A program made the position numbers and the translations under genes. Shown here piece after piece: positions 53,703 to 55,325 of a stretch of 55,325 nt of DNA. This DNA comes from an uncultured Spirochaetales bacterium (GTDB lineage: Bacteria > Spirochaetota > Spirochaetia > DTKZ01): contig CALKLC010000146.1 of NCBI GenBank assembly GCA_937991975.1, forward strand, positions 1-55,325, written 5' to 3'. The notes under the pieces were generated by a model. It worked only from the letters and a program-made list of their open reading frames with translations, was not told the origin of the DNA and did no database searches. Positions within the stretch are counted from its first letter, which is position 1; every line of letters starts with the position of its first letter.

Positions 53703-55304
53703 GTGGTAAAACAGAAGAAAAATATCAAGAAACACAAAGATAAAAACAAAACCAGCGGCGCAACCATCGGCTATGAAGCCGAACTATGGGACATGGCGGA
53801 TGCACTACGAGGCAGTATGGACGCTGCTGAATATAAGCATGTTGTCCTTGGTCTACTGTTCCTAAAGTATGTTTCTGATTCATTTGAAGAACAGCATAAA
53901 AAACTTGAGGCTGAACGGGAAAAGGGTGCAGACCCTGAAGACCCGGACGAGTACCTTGCAGAGAATATCTTTTGGGTGCCACAGGAAGCACGTTGGGGTT
54001 ACTTGAAGGCAAATGCGAAACAGCCGAACATCGGCCAGTTGGTGGACGATGCTATGGCAGCTATTGAAAGAGATAACCCCGCACTCAAGGGAGTCCTCCC
54101 TAATGATTACGCCCGTCCGGCACTGGATAAAACGCGGTTGGGTCAGCTGGTAGACTTGATCAGTAATATTCAGGTGGGGAACAAGGAAAGCCGATCGAAA
54201 GACATACTCGGCAGAGTTTATGAGTACTTTCTCTCGAAATTTGCCAGTGCGGAAGGGAAAAAAGGAGGGGAATTCTATACGCCCCGTTGTGTGGTTAAGC
54301 TCCTGGTTGAAATGATCGAACCTTACCGAGGGAGGGTATACGACCCCTGCTGCGGTTCATCGGGGATGTTCGTTCAATCAGTGGAATTCATCCGTGCACA
54401 TGCAAGCGGCAATGGGAACGGTGGAGGAGTCCGAGCTGATATCTCTATTTATGGTCAGGAATTGAACTATACCACCTGGAAACTCGCCCGGATGAACCTT
54501 GCGATTCGCGGTATCGATGCTAAGATTGCCCACGGTGACACATTCCATAATGATTGTTTCCCGGATCTTAAAGCTGATTTTATCCTGGCCAATCCTCCCT
54601 TTAACGTATCGAATTGGGGTGGCGATCTTTTACGAAATGACAAGCGGTGGAAGTACGGCGTGCCTCCTGTGGGAAATGCGAACTTTGCCTGGGTCCAGCA
54701 CATCATCTATCATCTAGCGCCAGGGGGTATGGCAGGATTTGTACTGGCTAATGGTTCCATGTCTTCAAATCAATCGGGAGAGGGCGAGATCCGTAAAAAT
54801 ATAATCGAAGCTGATCTGGTGGACTGTATGGTAGCTTTGCCTGGACAACTCTTCTACTCTACTCAGATTCCTGCTTGCCTGTGGTTTCTTTCTCGAGATC
54901 GTAAAAAGGGAAAGTTCCGCGAGCGGAGTGGCGAGGTGCTATTTATTGACGCTAGGAAAATGGGCCGGCTGGCTGATCGCATCCATCGTGAGTTGACAGA
55001 AGAGGACATTACCCGGATAGCCAATACATACCATGCTTGGCGCGGTGAGGCAATAGGCGGATCCCAGCGCACAGAATATAAGGACGTCCCCGGATTTTGT
55101 AAGAGCGCTACGCTGGATGAAATCCGCAAAAATGGTTACGTGCTTACACCAGGGAGGTATGTTGGCGTAGCCCCACAGGATGAGGACGACGAGCCGTTCG
55201 AGGAAAAAATGCACCGGCTTGTCGCCCAATTGCGCGAGCAACAGGCCGAGGCGGCACGGCTGGATGAAGCGATTGGGAGGAATTTGAAGGAATTAGGCTT
55301 CTAA
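53703..55304 (+). CDS. hsdM: Type I restriction-modification system, DNA methylase subunit
   Basis: 533 aa, GTG start after GGAAGGTGA. The HsdM N-domain ([32 protein letters not shown]), motif [11 protein letters not shown] and motif IV LANPPFN. An ATG at 55306 starts a further ORF (probably hsdS), truncated by the window end. Confidence 0.92.
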   Translation: MVKQKKNIKKHKDKNKTSGATIGYEAELWDMADALRGSMDAAEYKHVVLGLLFLKYVSDSFEEQHKKLEAEREKGADPEDPDEYLAENIFWVPQEARWGYLKANAKQPNIGQLVDDAMAAIERDNPALKGVLPNDYARPALDKTRLGQLVDLISNIQVGNKESRSKDILGRVYEYFLSKFASAEGKKGGEFYTPRCVVKLLVEMIEPYRGRVYDPCCGSSGMFVQSVEFIRAHASGNGNGGGVRADISIYGQELNYTTWKLARMNLAIRGIDAKIAHGDTFHNDCFPDLKADFILANPPFNVSNWGGDLLRNDKRWKYGVPPVGNANFAWVQHIIYHLAPGGMAGFVLANGSMSSNQSGEGEIRKNIIEADLVDCMVALPGQLFYSTQIPACLWFLSRDRKKGKFRERSGEVLFIDARKMGRLADRIHRELTEEDITRIANTYHAWRGEAIGGSQRTEYKDVPGFCKSATLDEIRKNGYVLTPGRYVGVAPQDEDDEPFEEKMHRLVAQLREQQAEAARLDEAIGRNLKELGF

Positions 55305-55325
55305 ATGAACAGACCGTTTATTACA

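Overview
This window is a chromosomal replication-origin neighbourhood of a bacterium with roughly mid-50s % GC (judged by eye). The gene order resembles spirochaetes, but the taxon cannot be established from sequence alone.

Core backbone:
- On the minus strand: dnaA-dnaN-recF-DUF721(DciA-like), then rpmH-rnpA-yidD-yidC-jag.
- Divergent gyrB-gyrA, a perfect parS site, and parA-parB.
- A tRNA cluster (all four tRNA-Ser isoacceptors plus tRNA-Arg), followed by SRP RNA-dnaX-ybaB-recR and prfC.
- A methyl-cycle / one-carbon block: metK, ahcY, a homocysteine S-methyltransferase-domain gene and gcvT-H-PA-PB.

Accessory material is interspersed:
- Tandemly duplicated DUF1640-like coiled-coil genes with repeat expansions.
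- An AbiEii-type toxin-antitoxin pair.
- Two decayed MNT/HEPN nucleotidyltransferase modules flanking metK, one frameshifted in an A6G6 run and one carrying an in-frame TAG.
- A 1.25-kb IS element with 22-bp inverted repeats, wedged between the gyrA stop codon and parS, plus a solo copy of its end in front of gcvPB.
- A low-GC adenosine deaminase segment.
- Several families of short repeats, including an exact 20-mer present four times, one copy in the dnaA-gyrB spacer.

The most interesting locus is at 50.3-53.5 kb. A well-formed fluoride (crcB-motif) riboswitch, with its own promoter and terminator, controls two translationally coupled MutS-family ATPase paralogs rather than a fluoride exporter. 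These paralogs lack mismatch-binding and nuclease domains and have Asn at the Walker-B Asp position. They lie directly upstream of a type I restriction-modification methylase gene.

DnaA boxes fall in two separate clusters, downstream of jag at about 19.0-19.3 kb and in the dnaA-dnaN spacer, so the exact oriC position is ambiguous.

All calls rest on reading the sequence and the ORF track and on remembered family motifs. No database search was possible.
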